A DNA stretch of 64,000 nucleotides from Myxococcota bacterium (GTDB lineage Bacteria; Myxococcota; Kuafuiibacteriia; Kuafuiibacteriales; Kuafuiibacteriaceae), in contig JAYZDF010000089.1 in NCBI GenBank assembly GCA_036337945.1, positions 5,609-69,608 of the forward strand, read 5' to 3'. The notes beneath the pieces are model-generated. The model saw nothing but the letters and a program-made list of their open reading frames with translations. It had not been told where the DNA came from and did not search any database. Made by a program: the position numbers and the translations under genes. Below are positions 1-9,877 of the stretch, one piece after another. The stretch's first letter is position 1; each line of letters starts with the position of its first letter.

Positions 1-825
1 GGCACCGGCGAGTGTATCGACAATAGCCTATGGCAATTGGGTGAGCTCGGAAATGCGTCTATTCGACAAGGCTTACTCAATGGAGAAACGCTGCTACTGA
101 TCGAACTGGTAGGTATCGATGAAGATTTTCGTGGAAACGATCGGAATCTGACTTTGAAGATATATGCGGCTAGAGATGCAGACCAACCCATTCGTTCATC
201 CAATAATTTCTCTATTCCTGAAGGAGCCTCTTCTTGCTGCGAATTCAAATTGAGCGAACAGTCTGTGCGAGGAAATCCACGGCAAGCCATCGCCCGCGCT
301 CCTGCACGAATTGAACTTGGGGACCTCCGAACTTTGGGTACGGTTTACTTGCGGATCGCCATCTCTATCGGCAGTCCACCTTATCCGGAGTTAGATTTGC
401 GGAGATTGCTCATCTCCAGCAGAGTAGCATCAGACTTTTCTCAAATGAGTGACGGTTTGCTCGGCGCAGCACTACCCGCACGCACCTTGGCACAAACGAA
501 TAATCCATACTGCCAAACTTTGAGCACTTTCTGTCCTCAGACTTTGCCCGACTCAAGCCTCCTCGACCTCGTTGTAGCGCTATTGCAGCCTGACCTCGAT
601 ATGGACGGCGATGGACTCGAGGTCGTGTTACCAGGCGCGAATGGCCGAATCGCTGAATGCTACGACGGCTGTGGTCTGAATTGCTCAGAGTTCGGCCCCT
701 CTATTCCACCCTATGATGTTAACGAACCGTATACCTGCGCCTTACAACCTGAAATTCAAGATGGTTTTTCCGTCACTTTCAGTTTCGATGCTGTTCAAGC
801 TTATGTAGTTGGAATCGGCAGGTGA
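1..825 (+). CDS. 5'-truncated Cys-containing hypothetical (myxobacterial-type surface protein)
   Basis: Frame is open from base 1 (GTGECIDNSLWQLGEL...). Several Cys pairs and a DxDxDG-type Ca-binding motif (DLDMDGDG). Confidence 0.7.
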   Translation, partial: GTGECIDNSLWQLGELGNASIRQGLLNGETLLLIELVGIDEDFRGNDRNLTLKIYAARDADQPIRSSNNFSIPEGASSCCEFKLSEQSVRGNPRQAIARAPARIELGDLRTLGTVYLRIAISIGSPPYPELDLRRLLISSRVASDFSQMSDGLLGAALPARTLAQTNNPYCQTLSTFCPQTLPDSSLLDLVVALLQPDLDMDGDGLEVVLPGANGRIAECYDGCGLNCSEFGPSIPPYDVNEPYTCALQPEIQDGFSVTFSFDAVQAYVVGIGR

Positions 826-841
826 CTTTCTACAAAATTCC

Positions 842-1855
842 ATGAGCTTCTCTCGCACGAATTTCGTCGCTCTTTTCGGCTCGAGCATAATTCTTGCGAC
901 GGGATGCGCGTCTACGACCTCCATACGAGTGTACGAAGAATCAGCACCAAAACACGCAATCAAGTATTTTGGTGTTTCCGCTGTCCAGCTCTTGTACGAA
1001 GGTCAAACACTGGAAGGGAGTCAAAGAACGCAGAGGCTACTCGACTTTCTGTCGGAAAAGACGAAATGGTCCATAGTACCGTCTAACGAGTTCTCGGTCG
1101 TTAACCCGCTAGAGACAGATCCGATTCGTAAAACAGATCTCCTCTTGCGGCTGAAATCCCCAAAAAACCTCGCCCATAAGATAGCTTTATTGGAAACCAC
1201 GGTTTCATTTAGAGAATCGAAAGGGAGAGCCACAATTCGCGCCTCAACCGGGACCATGATTGGCAGAGCTCATGAGATCGACCTTGTTATACGAATGACT
1301 GTGAGCGGAGAGAATGGCCGCGTTCTGTTCGATGCAGAATCAGTCACGAGAGTAGACCCATTTGCTATCACACCCGATTTCGATTCTCGAAGCTATGTTG
1401 ATGTTGCATTATCCGCTTTGGCAGACACGATGGTGGAAGAACTCGAGGGACACGTTCTCTCCCATCAAAGGGAGATAAAACTCTTCGGAAGGCCCACCAT
1501 AAATGGACTGAAATCTTATCCTAGCCGAACACTTCGCTCTCTGCATTCACCTCAACTAGGCCAAATGGAAAAAGACATCCGCCATTGGCATATCCTGCAG
1601 TACTTCGACTCGACCGCAACCATTGACGATGCAAAACATGACGCCTCAAAAGGTATTGCTTTTTGTCTCACGAAAGAACTTGAGAACACATCGCTTCGTT
1701 CAGGAGACTGCATCATTTCGATTGGTCAAAAGAGTATCGCTAATGCTCATCAGTTATATTTATACCTGGGCGAAAACCCAAAAACAAAAACGTTTTTGCT
1801 CAAAGTTCTCCGAGCAGGGACCAGTGTCCCTGTAGACGTTAGTCTAACCCCCTAA
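842..1855 (+). CDS. lipoprotein with C-terminal PDZ-like domain
   Basis: ATG at 842 gives a signal peptide with lipobox LATGC. The C-terminus LRSGDCIISIGQKSI...LKVLRAG resembles a PDZ domain. Confidence 0.65.
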   Translation: MSFSRTNFVALFGSSIILATGCASTTSIRVYEESAPKHAIKYFGVSAVQLLYEGQTLEGSQRTQRLLDFLSEKTKWSIVPSNEFSVVNPLETDPIRKTDLLLRLKSPKNLAHKIALLETTVSFRESKGRATIRASTGTMIGRAHEIDLVIRMTVSGENGRVLFDAESVTRVDPFAITPDFDSRSYVDVALSALADTMVEELEGHVLSHQREIKLFGRPTINGLKSYPSRTLRSLHSPQLGQMEKDIRHWHILQYFDSTATIDDAKHDASKGIAFCLTKELENTSLRSGDCIISIGQKSIANAHQLYLYLGENPKTKTFLLKVLRAGTSVPVDVSLTP

Positions 1856-2331
1856 AGAGATGAAGCAAGCTCCATCGTCCAAGAAAGTTCTCCCTTAGTT
1901 TCAGAACGAAACCAGTAAAACAGAAGCTCAAGGTCACGTTGGGAATTTTTATTCTTTGTAACTCTGCCGTCTGACAAAAACCGATACCAAATCTTCGTAC
2001 GAACTCGAGCACGGCTTCCTGAACGATCAAAATCGACTTCCTGAATATCGAATCGCATTATATCGAGGTTCTCATGTTTCATTACGAATACTCGCTTAAT
2101 GAGCTTTGGGATATCTCGTTGTTCTTGCGTCGATTTCAAATGATACGTTGATGCTCGAGCGAAGTCTTTAAACTGAAGATCTTCCAAAAAATCATAGGTA
2201 CGTTCGGACAACCAACGTTTCTCGCTGCCGCCAATATCGACATTTCCGATAGAAATACCGTACTCATACGCAAATGCGCTGAGTCCCGCTAAAGCGATAA
2301 CAACTCCTAATATTATAAGTTTCGTCTTCAT
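1852..2331 (-). CDS. membrane-anchored/secreted hypothetical protein
   Basis: 159 aa with an N-terminal hydrophobic helix; last gene of the ABC operon (6-bp gap). Confidence 0.7.
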   Translation of the reverse strand: MKTKLIILGVVIALAGLSAFAYEYGISIGNVDIGGSEKRWLSERTYDFLEDLQFKDFARASTYHLKSTQEQRDIPKLIKRVFVMKHENLDIMRFDIQEVDFDRSGSRARVRTKIWYRFLSDGRVTKNKNSQRDLELLFYWFRSETKGELSWTMELASSL

Positions 2332-2337
2332 ATTCTC

Positions 2338-3075
2338 TCAGTCTTTAGCTTGTTTCAGTTGCCACAGTGTAACAACAAAAAGACCAGCTATCATTAGAGC
2401 CAAAGGTAAAATATGAAACGATGTAGACACAATTGAGTCGCCCTCTTGCCACCACATTTTCATACTTTCATAACCCCAGTAGACGGGCATCGTAAACTGC
2501 GCACTCTCTGTCCAATTACTGAGCTTTCCCTCGCCAAGCGCAAACTCTGAAAAGAGTATTTGCGGAATAATTAACAGAGGCACGCACACCACGGCTCGAT
2601 CGGTGGTTCGGACCATCGCAGACACAAAAAAACCCAGCGCCATTCCCGTCCAACTCACTAACACTCCTGCAAGCATAAGCACCACTATTGGGACATCAAG
2701 CGGAATAAACAAGCTTACTAATGCGAATAAGAGTAACGTCTGAAACAGGATCACGACACTTTGGACAAGATATTTTGATGCCAAGTATGAAGCCACTGAC
2801 AGGCTAAACATTCGTTCACGGAGAAATAGAGTGCGTTCCTTAACGATTTCACGGCAGCTATTTATCGCACCAAAGAAGAAGCAGCTTAGGCATAGAACAA
2901 AATATAAAGTTAGAGAATCACCAGAGATATTACGCCACACCCCCGCCACACTAAGCCCTATGAGAGCTACTTGTAGAAGATTCAGGAATACCGCCCGGTA
3001 GTCAGAAAGCAATAAATGTCCATATCGCTGGCTAAGCACGCGAAACTGGTGTTGGTCGAAGCGTATCTTATTCAC
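2338..3075 (-). CDS. ABC-2 type transporter permease
   Basis: About 6 TM helices; EIVKER..FLRER and PQILFS motifs typical of ABCG/ABC-2 membrane domains; overlaps the ATPase gene. Confidence 0.85.
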   Translation of the reverse strand: MNKIRFDQHQFRVLSQRYGHLLLSDYRAVFLNLLQVALIGLSVAGVWRNISGDSLTLYFVLCLSCFFFGAINSCREIVKERTLFLRERMFSLSVASYLASKYLVQSVVILFQTLLLFALVSLFIPLDVPIVVLMLAGVLVSWTGMALGFFVSAMVRTTDRAVVCVPLLIIPQILFSEFALGEGKLSNWTESAQFTMPVYWGYESMKMWWQEGDSIVSTSFHILPLALMIAGLFVVTLWQLKQAKD

Positions 3076-4036
3076 CTTTACCCCGTTGTGCTTTTAACTC
3101 CTGCAATTTCTCTTCTGGAGTCTTTCCTCGATGTTCAAGATTGCTGCGCTCTGCGGCAGGTTGCCCAGAAGAATTGACACGGTGTTCAATCAACTGATTT
3201 TCTTGTCCTGCCTTCGACCAATCGATGGACTCACGTGGTTGACGTAAACGTTCAGATACAAATTCTCTGCAGACCGATGATTCTTCGAACCGTTGCAGAT
3301 GTTCTTCAAGCCGATCGGACGTAAGCACTTTATATATCGAAAGCAGATGGTCGACCTCAAAATGCGTGGCTGCGTGTTTAGGAGGCCCTACAAAAAGCAC
3401 GCGCCCTTCGCACATGAATACCACAAGATCAACACAGTCGAGGGTCGTCAGCACATGAGTCGTAACCAACGTAATCCTTTGGGGCGTCGTGAGGTCGCGA
3501 AACAGTTTCATTGATGCTGCCTCGAGCGCTGGATCAAGACCACTCGTTGGCTCATCGAGGAAAAGAACCGGAGGTTCCGCTAACAACTCCACTGCCACTG
3601 AAACACGCTTTCGTTGGCCTCCAGATAAACTGCGTACTGTTTTCGATTGGTGTTCTGCTAATTCTAAAATCGTTAAGAGGCGATTAACTTTTGCTTTCCT
3701 AAGAGCGTCGGGAATATCAGGGGGTAATCGAAGTCGAGAGGCGTAATCAAGAGTCGCTGAAACGCTCAGTTGTTGATGAACAAGGTCATCCTGCGGGACA
3801 TAGCCAATCTTCGTTCGATGGTCATCGAAGTTCGAATAAAGCTCTTGGTTTCCTAAGTAAACTCCACCCTCGCCTTGGCTGAATCCGCACAGTGCTTTCA
3901 AAAGGGTCGATTTTCCTGAACCTGAGGGCCCCAACAACGCAATGAGCTCACCTCCTCGAAGAGACAGGTTCACTTGCTGTATTATCTTGTTACCACCTCG
4001 CGTCACCGCAAGTTCTTGTGCATCCAGACGTAGCAT
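3068..4036 (-). CDS. ABC transporter ATP-binding protein (ABCG/Rv1747-like ATPase domain)
   Basis: Walker A GPSGSGKS, Q-loop YVPQDD, signature LSGGQ, Walker B LFLDEPTSGLD, H-loop TTH. Confidence 0.95.
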   Translation of the reverse strand: MLRLDAQELAVTRGGNKIIQQVNLSLRGGELIALLGPSGSGKSTLLKALCGFSQGEGGVYLGNQELYSNFDDHRTKIGYVPQDDLVHQQLSVSATLDYASRLRLPPDIPDALRKAKVNRLLTILELAEHQSKTVRSLSGGQRKRVSVAVELLAEPPVLFLDEPTSGLDPALEAASMKLFRDLTTPQRITLVTTHVLTTLDCVDLVVFMCEGRVLFVGPPKHAATHFEVDHLLSIYKVLTSDRLEEHLQRFEESSVCREFVSERLRQPRESIDWSKAGQENQLIEHRVNSSGQPAAERSNLEHRGKTPEEKLQELKAQRGKGE

Positions 4037-4072
4037 CTTTCTCTAGGACTTTTACCACACCTAACTTATGTA

Positions 4073-6061
4073 TCATTCACATGCACTGTCTAAGGACTTT
4101 GCCGCCCGAAGCTTTGCACCACCAGGATCTCCCACCGATTTAATGAAACACGTGTACTGATGTCTCCCACTTTCTTGATTGAACAAAACGTAATGACCGA
4201 GCGTGTTCGGAGCATCGTACTGAACAACCGCAGCTGTTTTCCCATTTAGGTTATTATTCACGGGATAATCGATTGGAGCTACTCCGCTTAACTCAATAGA
4301 ATCAGGCAAAACCGGTTCGACTCGGTTTCCTGCAAGAGGCACGCCTAATGCTACCGCGAGAGCGGCTTCTGCGTTCGGGCTAAAATACCCATCCACAACA
4401 CCCGCGCTCATGAAGACGTCTTTTGGCTCCAGACCTGGGCGAGGCGCTTTGACAACATAATGCGCTTTGGCAACGGGGTCTGCCATATCCCATAAATTCT
4501 GTAATGCATGCAAAATGGGGTGAGCGAGATGAATTTGTTTCCCCTCTTCTTGTAATTCTAAGGTCAGTTCAAGAAGACCTTTCAGCGTCACAGGCTCTGT
4601 CGCATTGACCGCGATATCAATCAAACTCCCGCCAGAACCCGAAAGCACAATACCTTTCAAACGCGGGTCAACACCGGCCCAAGGCACCCCGAGAGTTGAG
4701 CCCATGGATTGTCCCATCCCAGAAAGGCGCTCCGGGTCGAATCTAATCGTGCTCTGCATGCCCGGATCCAAATTACTCGACAATGACGGATCTACTTCAA
4801 CGCTGAGCATTAATCTCGAAAGCAGTGTCAATTCCATCACTGAGACATAGAAATTATCAATCGTTGCCTCAATATTTTCGAAGATATTGTAGAGTTTCAG
4901 TCCGGTCGTGTCAGAGGGGCTGTGCCTATTACCGTGAAGCGGAAAGTCAAGTGCTACCGTCGCCACACCTCGTCGAGCAAGCCATTCGGCAGGACCCGTT
5001 CCGGGCACTGCAGGGGGAGCATCGACGGTCTCCAGACGAGGACCACGGTTAATCGCTTGATACCACTCTCCTCCGGAACCATGCATATAAATCATAAGAG
5101 GAAAGCCACTCACAGGCTGTGGAGATTTTGGAATTGTGAGCGCTAACCTTACAGCTTGTTCATCGCTTTTTATAGCATTCCCTTCGTTATCAAATTCTAT
5201 CAGTCCTTCGCCCAAAAGAGCATATGGTCGCTTACCGCTTTGAACCACCGGGACATTAAACGTCGCAGTAAGAACTTGGTAACTTTCGTACTCCTCCGCA
5301 ACAACCCACGGGCTTGCCAATTTAGGAGCAGCTTGTTTCTCTGCCCAAGAGACTAAGTCGACAAGTCGAGAGCTGTGATCTAGGGTAGTGAAGATTGATG
5401 CAATCGATACTCGTGAAAGGTCGAAATCCTCCTCATCGAGAACCTCCCGAAGCCCATCAAACTCATCTCCAGTTTCGAACGCCTCGTGAAATTCTTTCGA
5501 GCGACCGAGTGTCTCACCGCTGGTGTCCCGGATACTATTGGTCACAACCAGTGCGTATCGAGTGTTTGGTCTCCGAACGAAGCCAAACGCAGGTGTGGCA
5601 GCAAGGAGGTTATCAGGAGACCATTTGTCGCCTTCAATAAGAAACTCAACATCTAATGGGAGTCGCTGTCCTCGCGCGGGAGAATTTTCGTCAATATCAA
5701 TGAGAAACACGGATGCATCTCGTTGCAAGGTCTGTGCTCGAACTTTTGGCAGGGTATCGATGTCAATTGGGCCGGAAAGCGGAACAAAGACACCAGAACT
5801 AACACCCCATTTTCCTTGTAATCTGAAGTCGGCCGCCTGAAACCACATCCACAATAAATCATTCGTCTGAGCGAGAGGCCAATCCTCCCAATCACCCGTT
5901 CCATTGCTTTTCACACGCTGTTCACTGGGAAATGGGAGAGACCAGTATTCGGGACTCTCAGTATCGAACAAAGCCTGGGTCGGATACTCAACAAAAGCTG
6001 GAGTACAGCCCACGAGAGAGAACGCCAGCACAAAAACACCAAGTTTACTCACAATATTCAA
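4073..6061 (-). CDS. lipoprotein, alpha/beta hydrolase (lipase-like) with N-terminal Ig-like region
   Basis: Lipobox LVGC; oxyanion region YMHGSGG; nucleophile elbow GQSMG; candidate Asp (VDGY) and His (GHYV). Confidence 0.8.
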   Translation of the reverse strand: MNIVSKLGVFVLAFSLVGCTPAFVEYPTQALFDTESPEYWSLPFPSEQRVKSNGTGDWEDWPLAQTNDLLWMWFQAADFRLQGKWGVSSGVFVPLSGPIDIDTLPKVRAQTLQRDASVFLIDIDENSPARGQRLPLDVEFLIEGDKWSPDNLLAATPAFGFVRRPNTRYALVVTNSIRDTSGETLGRSKEFHEAFETGDEFDGLREVLDEEDFDLSRVSIASIFTTLDHSSRLVDLVSWAEKQAAPKLASPWVVAEEYESYQVLTATFNVPVVQSGKRPYALLGEGLIEFDNEGNAIKSDEQAVRLALTIPKSPQPVSGFPLMIYMHGSGGEWYQAINRGPRLETVDAPPAVPGTGPAEWLARRGVATVALDFPLHGNRHSPSDTTGLKLYNIFENIEATIDNFYVSVMELTLLSRLMLSVEVDPSLSSNLDPGMQSTIRFDPERLSGMGQSMGSTLGVPWAGVDPRLKGIVLSGSGGSLIDIAVNATEPVTLKGLLELTLELQEEGKQIHLAHPILHALQNLWDMADPVAKAHYVVKAPRPGLEPKDVFMSAGVVDGYFSPNAEAALAVALGVPLAGNRVEPVLPDSIELSGVAPIDYPVNNNLNGKTAAVVQYDAPNTLGHYVLFNQESGRHQYTCFIKSVGDPGGAKLRAAKSLDSACE

Positions 6062-6158
6062 TTATCAACCGTCAACCACTTGGTCAATGAGTGCCCAAGA
6101 CGAGTTGCACTTGACCTGTGGGGCTACCCCTGAAAATGTGCAGGCATCCATTAACCTT

Positions 6159-7985
6159 ATGTTCGGTCTCGCGGTTATCTTCTTTTCGTGGATGGTTACT
6201 TACTATCTGTTCAAGCAGCTTTTGCGAAGTTCGCAAGAGCATCGAAAAAATGTCGCACTCACCGCGACTCTCTTATTCCACGCTAGCGTACCGACAATTC
6301 TTTGTCGCTATCTCTCCAATTATCAGTGGAGTGTATTTGCCGCCCTTTGTATTCTAGGCGTCGCCGTTTACCTGAACTGGCAACGCATCAAAAAAGTTGT
6401 TCCACCAGTCGACCATCGACCGACGATTGATCGAACTGCTCTTTTCGTCGGAACCGTTACAACAGGATTTGTCGCGTGGGGCCTAATCTCTGGCCATTTT
6501 TGGGACGAAAACGCGGCTCACTTCGGTGTATCTAGTGCCTTAGCGAGAGGAGTTTCGCCACCCGAGCATCCATTATTTCCAGGCCAAATTTTTCGATACC
6601 ATTATGGTTTTAATTCATTGGTAGCCGCCGTTATCGCGTTCTCAAGCATCGATGCGGCAACCGCGATCGACATCGTCTCAATCTTGTGTTTTGCGGCGTT
6701 ACTTATCGGAGCCTATTCATGTGCGGAAGACCTGGGAGGAAAATCTGCAGGAAGGTTAGCGATTGTCTTGGTGCCGCTGGGAAGCGGACTTCTGCAGCAC
6801 CTGCTTTTCAGCGACTTCGGAATTTTAGAAAGTCCCTTGAAGCCTTTTCCTACGGAGTGGCAAAAAGACATCCCTCCACCAGTCATTTCAAATTTCTTTC
6901 AGCATCCGCAGGGACTCGCGATGGCAACTGTTTTCGGTGTCATTCAATACTTTAATCGGGATGAGGCCAGACACTTCTCGTTTTGGAATTGTGCATTTCT
7001 CGTCGCAGCATTTTCTGTTTCACACATCGTTTTCTTTGGCTTATTAGGACTAGGACTTGGCGTATCCTCTCTGTTCAGTTTTTTACGAACAAGGTCCTTA
7101 TTCATTTTGACGAAAGAGACAGTCTGCCTTTCACTTGGGCTTATTCTGGCGTTCCTGGCTGGAGGCTTTCTTGGAACTGATGGAGTTCAAGATAACCATA
7201 TTACCTTTCAAAAAGATTTCTTTGAGGAAGCTTTTCATAGCCGTCTCGGCCATCACCTCGTCCTTTTCGGACTTCCATTTATTTTTCTCCCAATCGCGTT
7301 TCTCAAGATACTGAAAGCACCTCATCGAATTTTACTTACGATGATGACTATGATCCTGATTGGGTTCTCTGTACCAAATCTGATGAGTTATGAACGAAGC
7401 TGGGACATCGTAAAATTTTTGGGCGTGGCTATGTTTTTTACAAACTTTCTCCTCGCCGTTTATTTGCCGAGTCTCAACGTCAACAAGCTTGTGGTCGGCT
7501 TACTTCTGCTGCTGTCTTGTACGACGGGATCAATCTGGCTCCTCCGAGTCTCAGTATTTGACGGAAAATTAGGCATTCCTAAAATGCACTTCCCTGCACC
7601 CGCGCCCATTGCACAAAAAACGGCGGAAGTCCTCACCCCAATTCTCTCCGCTTCGGACCGTGTCTTCAGCACGAATATTGACATGTCTAAGGTTGGCTTA
7701 CTTACGCCCGGTTTCAATTGGCGTCAATTTGGGCGCGGCTATATAATGGATAGAAGGAAGGTCGACCTACAGCTGAGAGCAGCGAAACGCTTTCGTCGTA
7801 ACCTTTCTCAAAAAGATATAAAGAGTTTAAGGATTCGATACCTCATACTAAGTCCCGCGGATGTGAAGGGGCTTTCTAAGGAGGCCAAGAAACGTCTTCA
7901 GGACCCAGATCATTACGAATTCACACGAGAAGTGAGGTCTCATAGTCAGAAGAGATTCATCTACAAAGTCCTAAACCAGGAGTAG
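6159..7985 (+). CDS. polytopic membrane protein, GT-C glycosyltransferase-like
   Basis: More than 12 hydrophobic segments, loop motif FWDE..H and YHYGF, soluble C-terminal domain. Start moved to ATG 6159 to avoid overlap with the divergent gene. Confidence 0.6.
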   Translation: MFGLAVIFFSWMVTYYLFKQLLRSSQEHRKNVALTATLLFHASVPTILCRYLSNYQWSVFAALCILGVAVYLNWQRIKKVVPPVDHRPTIDRTALFVGTVTTGFVAWGLISGHFWDENAAHFGVSSALARGVSPPEHPLFPGQIFRYHYGFNSLVAAVIAFSSIDAATAIDIVSILCFAALLIGAYSCAEDLGGKSAGRLAIVLVPLGSGLLQHLLFSDFGILESPLKPFPTEWQKDIPPPVISNFFQHPQGLAMATVFGVIQYFNRDEARHFSFWNCAFLVAAFSVSHIVFFGLLGLGLGVSSLFSFLRTRSLFILTKETVCLSLGLILAFLAGGFLGTDGVQDNHITFQKDFFEEAFHSRLGHHLVLFGLPFIFLPIAFLKILKAPHRILLTMMTMILIGFSVPNLMSYERSWDIVKFLGVAMFFTNFLLAVYLPSLNVNKLVVGLLLLLSCTTGSIWLLRVSVFDGKLGIPKMHFPAPAPIAQKTAEVLTPILSASDRVFSTNIDMSKVGLLTPGFNWRQFGRGYIMDRRKVDLQLRAAKRFRRNLSQKDIKSLRIRYLILSPADVKGLSKEAKKRLQDPDHYEFTREVRSHSQKRFIYKVLNQE

Positions 7986-7987
7986 CG

Positions 7988-8016
7988 AGCAGCTCCAAGC
8001 TTCGAAAAGCTGCTTT
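7988..8016. terminator. possible terminator between convergent genes
   Basis: Inverted repeat AGCAGCT...AGCTGCT in the 29-bp gap, followed by TT; loop is large. Confidence 0.3.
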
Positions 8017-8341
8017 AGGCGACGAGGACTGTAAATCCAAGTACAGGAATCAAAACAAACCATCCCACACTACGAGTTACGAGAGCAGGAAATTGTTGAA
8101 AGATTTGAGCTCGCAACCAGGGTTTTATGTAGGTGCTCATCTCTCCTGGGAACCAAATAAAGGAGACCGGTATAACAGACAGGATCAGTACCATGACAGC
8201 AGTCGCGACGCCTGACGTTGATGCAGCAAACGCCACATATAATATCGCTACTACGACAGCGACACATTTCCATAGGAAGTGCTCTACGATCGCATTTGGA
8301 AACATGGGTTGGAGACTAAATTCACACTGCGGAGATTGCAA
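8015..8341 (-). CDS. small membrane protein
   Basis: Three hydrophobic segments, co-oriented with the upstream operon; start may be ATG 8305. Confidence 0.55.
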   Translation of the reverse strand: MQSPQCEFSLQPMFPNAIVEHFLWKCVAVVVAILYVAFAASTSGVATAVMVLILSVIPVSFIWFPGEMSTYIKPWLRAQIFQQFPALVTRSVGWFVLIPVLGFTVLVA

Positions 8342-8347
8342 GTTTTA

Positions 8348-9877
8348 TCAGCGTCGTCGGTAGTAGGACCATTCCCCACTTCGATGCACAAGCTCTACCC
8401 GAGTTTGATTGATCCCATGCAGAGGAGAATCCGGGAACTTAGCGTGCCGACGAACGACAAAAGCATCAAAAGACCAACTATGGCGATTCCAATCAAAATA
8501 CTCCGCTTGTCCCCAAGGAGGTGCGGGTGCAGAGACTTTCCTCTGTACGAGCACATCCGGATGTTCGAATACATTTTGAGGCACAAAACCACCCGTTTCT
8601 AAGAGATAATAGTTTGAGGCATACCCGTGAGGCTCTCCCGGGTACTCATGAACCTCAGCCGGAGTCCAGTGAAGCAGAGTAAGCTTTTGTCCAGCGGGCA
8701 CTGCCTTTATGGCCTCCTCAAAACCTCTCATCTCTGTTCGACCAAAATTCCAAATATCAATAACAGCAAGGGCAACAATAAAAAGATTGAGGCCATAGAG
8801 CGACCAGGAAGCCATACGGTTCTTATCAGGCCAAGTCCCCACCAGAGGAACCAATAAAAGTCCAAGGAAGATTGGGAGCCTGAGGTTCCCACCCCACCAA
8901 TTTACAGGAGGCCCAATATACGACGGCAATAAAATGAACATGAATGCTGTAATTGCAAGCATCAGCCATAAACAGTTCCGCACTTGTCGCTGCTCTTGGG
9001 AGCTCGTACTTTTGGCCCTCATGAAGGTCACGAGGCCTACAAGGCACATTCCTATCCATATGGCCTGCAGTACATCATCGATCTTCGAATATCTGTAGGA
9101 TGCAAACAACCAATCCCAGAGCTGCGAGAATATTTGCGTTCGATCAGCCGAGATGACCGCCTCGTAGATTGCTTCCAAAGCACCTGCTTTTCCACGGCTT
9201 CGTCCTTGGAAGCTCAGCCAATGCGGGACCATGCTCATCACAGTTATCAAAACGAGCGACAAGCGAGCAGCGGCGCTTTTGGTTCGAAGAACGAAGCAGT
9301 CCCAAATTGCGACAGCGAGAAGCAATCCCCACACCACAAGAAAGACAAAAACATGAAAGGAGTGTGTAACGAGCATGAAGCCCAAAAAGAGAACCGACGT
9401 TCGTACGCGAGATTGTCGAGTTCTCATCTGGAAATAGCACGCCATCGTACATACGCCCGTCACCAAAGCACAAGCATTAGGCATGAAACCACAGTAGACA
9501 TGCTTGCCTAGTGAAAGAGGCAAAACAAAGTACGCCAAACGAATGTCGCTGCCGACACTTCTGCACAGCCATGCCATTGCAGGTCCTAGGCCCCCAAGAG
9601 CCAGAGTCAGAACAATTCTTCCAGCGTCCATGGGAGGCAACCAATTCGCAAGCCCGGCAATCATCCAGTACATCAAAGCGTTTGGTCCCGCCCCGCCTGA
9701 AAATTCAAAGTAATGAGGTAACTGCGCGTCTACTTCGTTGTAGTTGAGGATGACGCCGACCACTCCAAGATGGCCAGGCCAATCCTGGAAGGGTAGATAG
9801 TCTGAAGCCCAAGGAAGAAGGCCCGGAGAACATAATCCAAGCCAAAACAGCCAATGTGGATTCTTAGCGTTTCTCAT
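8348..9877 (-). CDS. polytopic membrane protein, GT-C-like
   Basis: N-terminal LPFQDWPGH loop motif, about 11 TM segments, soluble C-terminal domain; 4-bp overlap with the acyl-CoA ligase. Confidence 0.6.
   Translation of the reverse strand: MRNAKNPHWLFWLGLCSPGLLPWASDYLPFQDWPGHLGVVGVILNYNEVDAQLPHYFEFSGGAGPNALMYWMIAGLANWLPPMDAGRIVLTLALGGLGPAMAWLCRSVGSDIRLAYFVLPLSLGKHVYCGFMPNACALVTGVCTMACYFQMRTRQSRVRTSVLFLGFMLVTHSFHVFVFLVVWGLLLAVAIWDCFVLRTKSAAARLSLVLITVMSMVPHWLSFQGRSRGKAGALEAIYEAVISADRTQIFSQLWDWLFASYRYSKIDDVLQAIWIGMCLVGLVTFMRAKSTSSQEQRQVRNCLWLMLAITAFMFILLPSYIGPPVNWWGGNLRLPIFLGLLLVPLVGTWPDKNRMASWSLYGLNLFIVALAVIDIWNFGRTEMRGFEEAIKAVPAGQKLTLLHWTPAEVHEYPGEPHGYASNYYLLETGGFVPQNVFEHPDVLVQRKVSAPAPPWGQAEYFDWNRHSWSFDAFVVRRHAKFPDSPLHGINQTRVELVHRSGEWSYYRRR

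Noticed and set aside
5904-6158. N-terminal extensions in the ORF track creating long opposite-strand overlaps (also 14289, 41362, 54882, 58524)
   Set aside because: Downstream starts give clean domain or signal-peptide boundaries and remove the overlaps.
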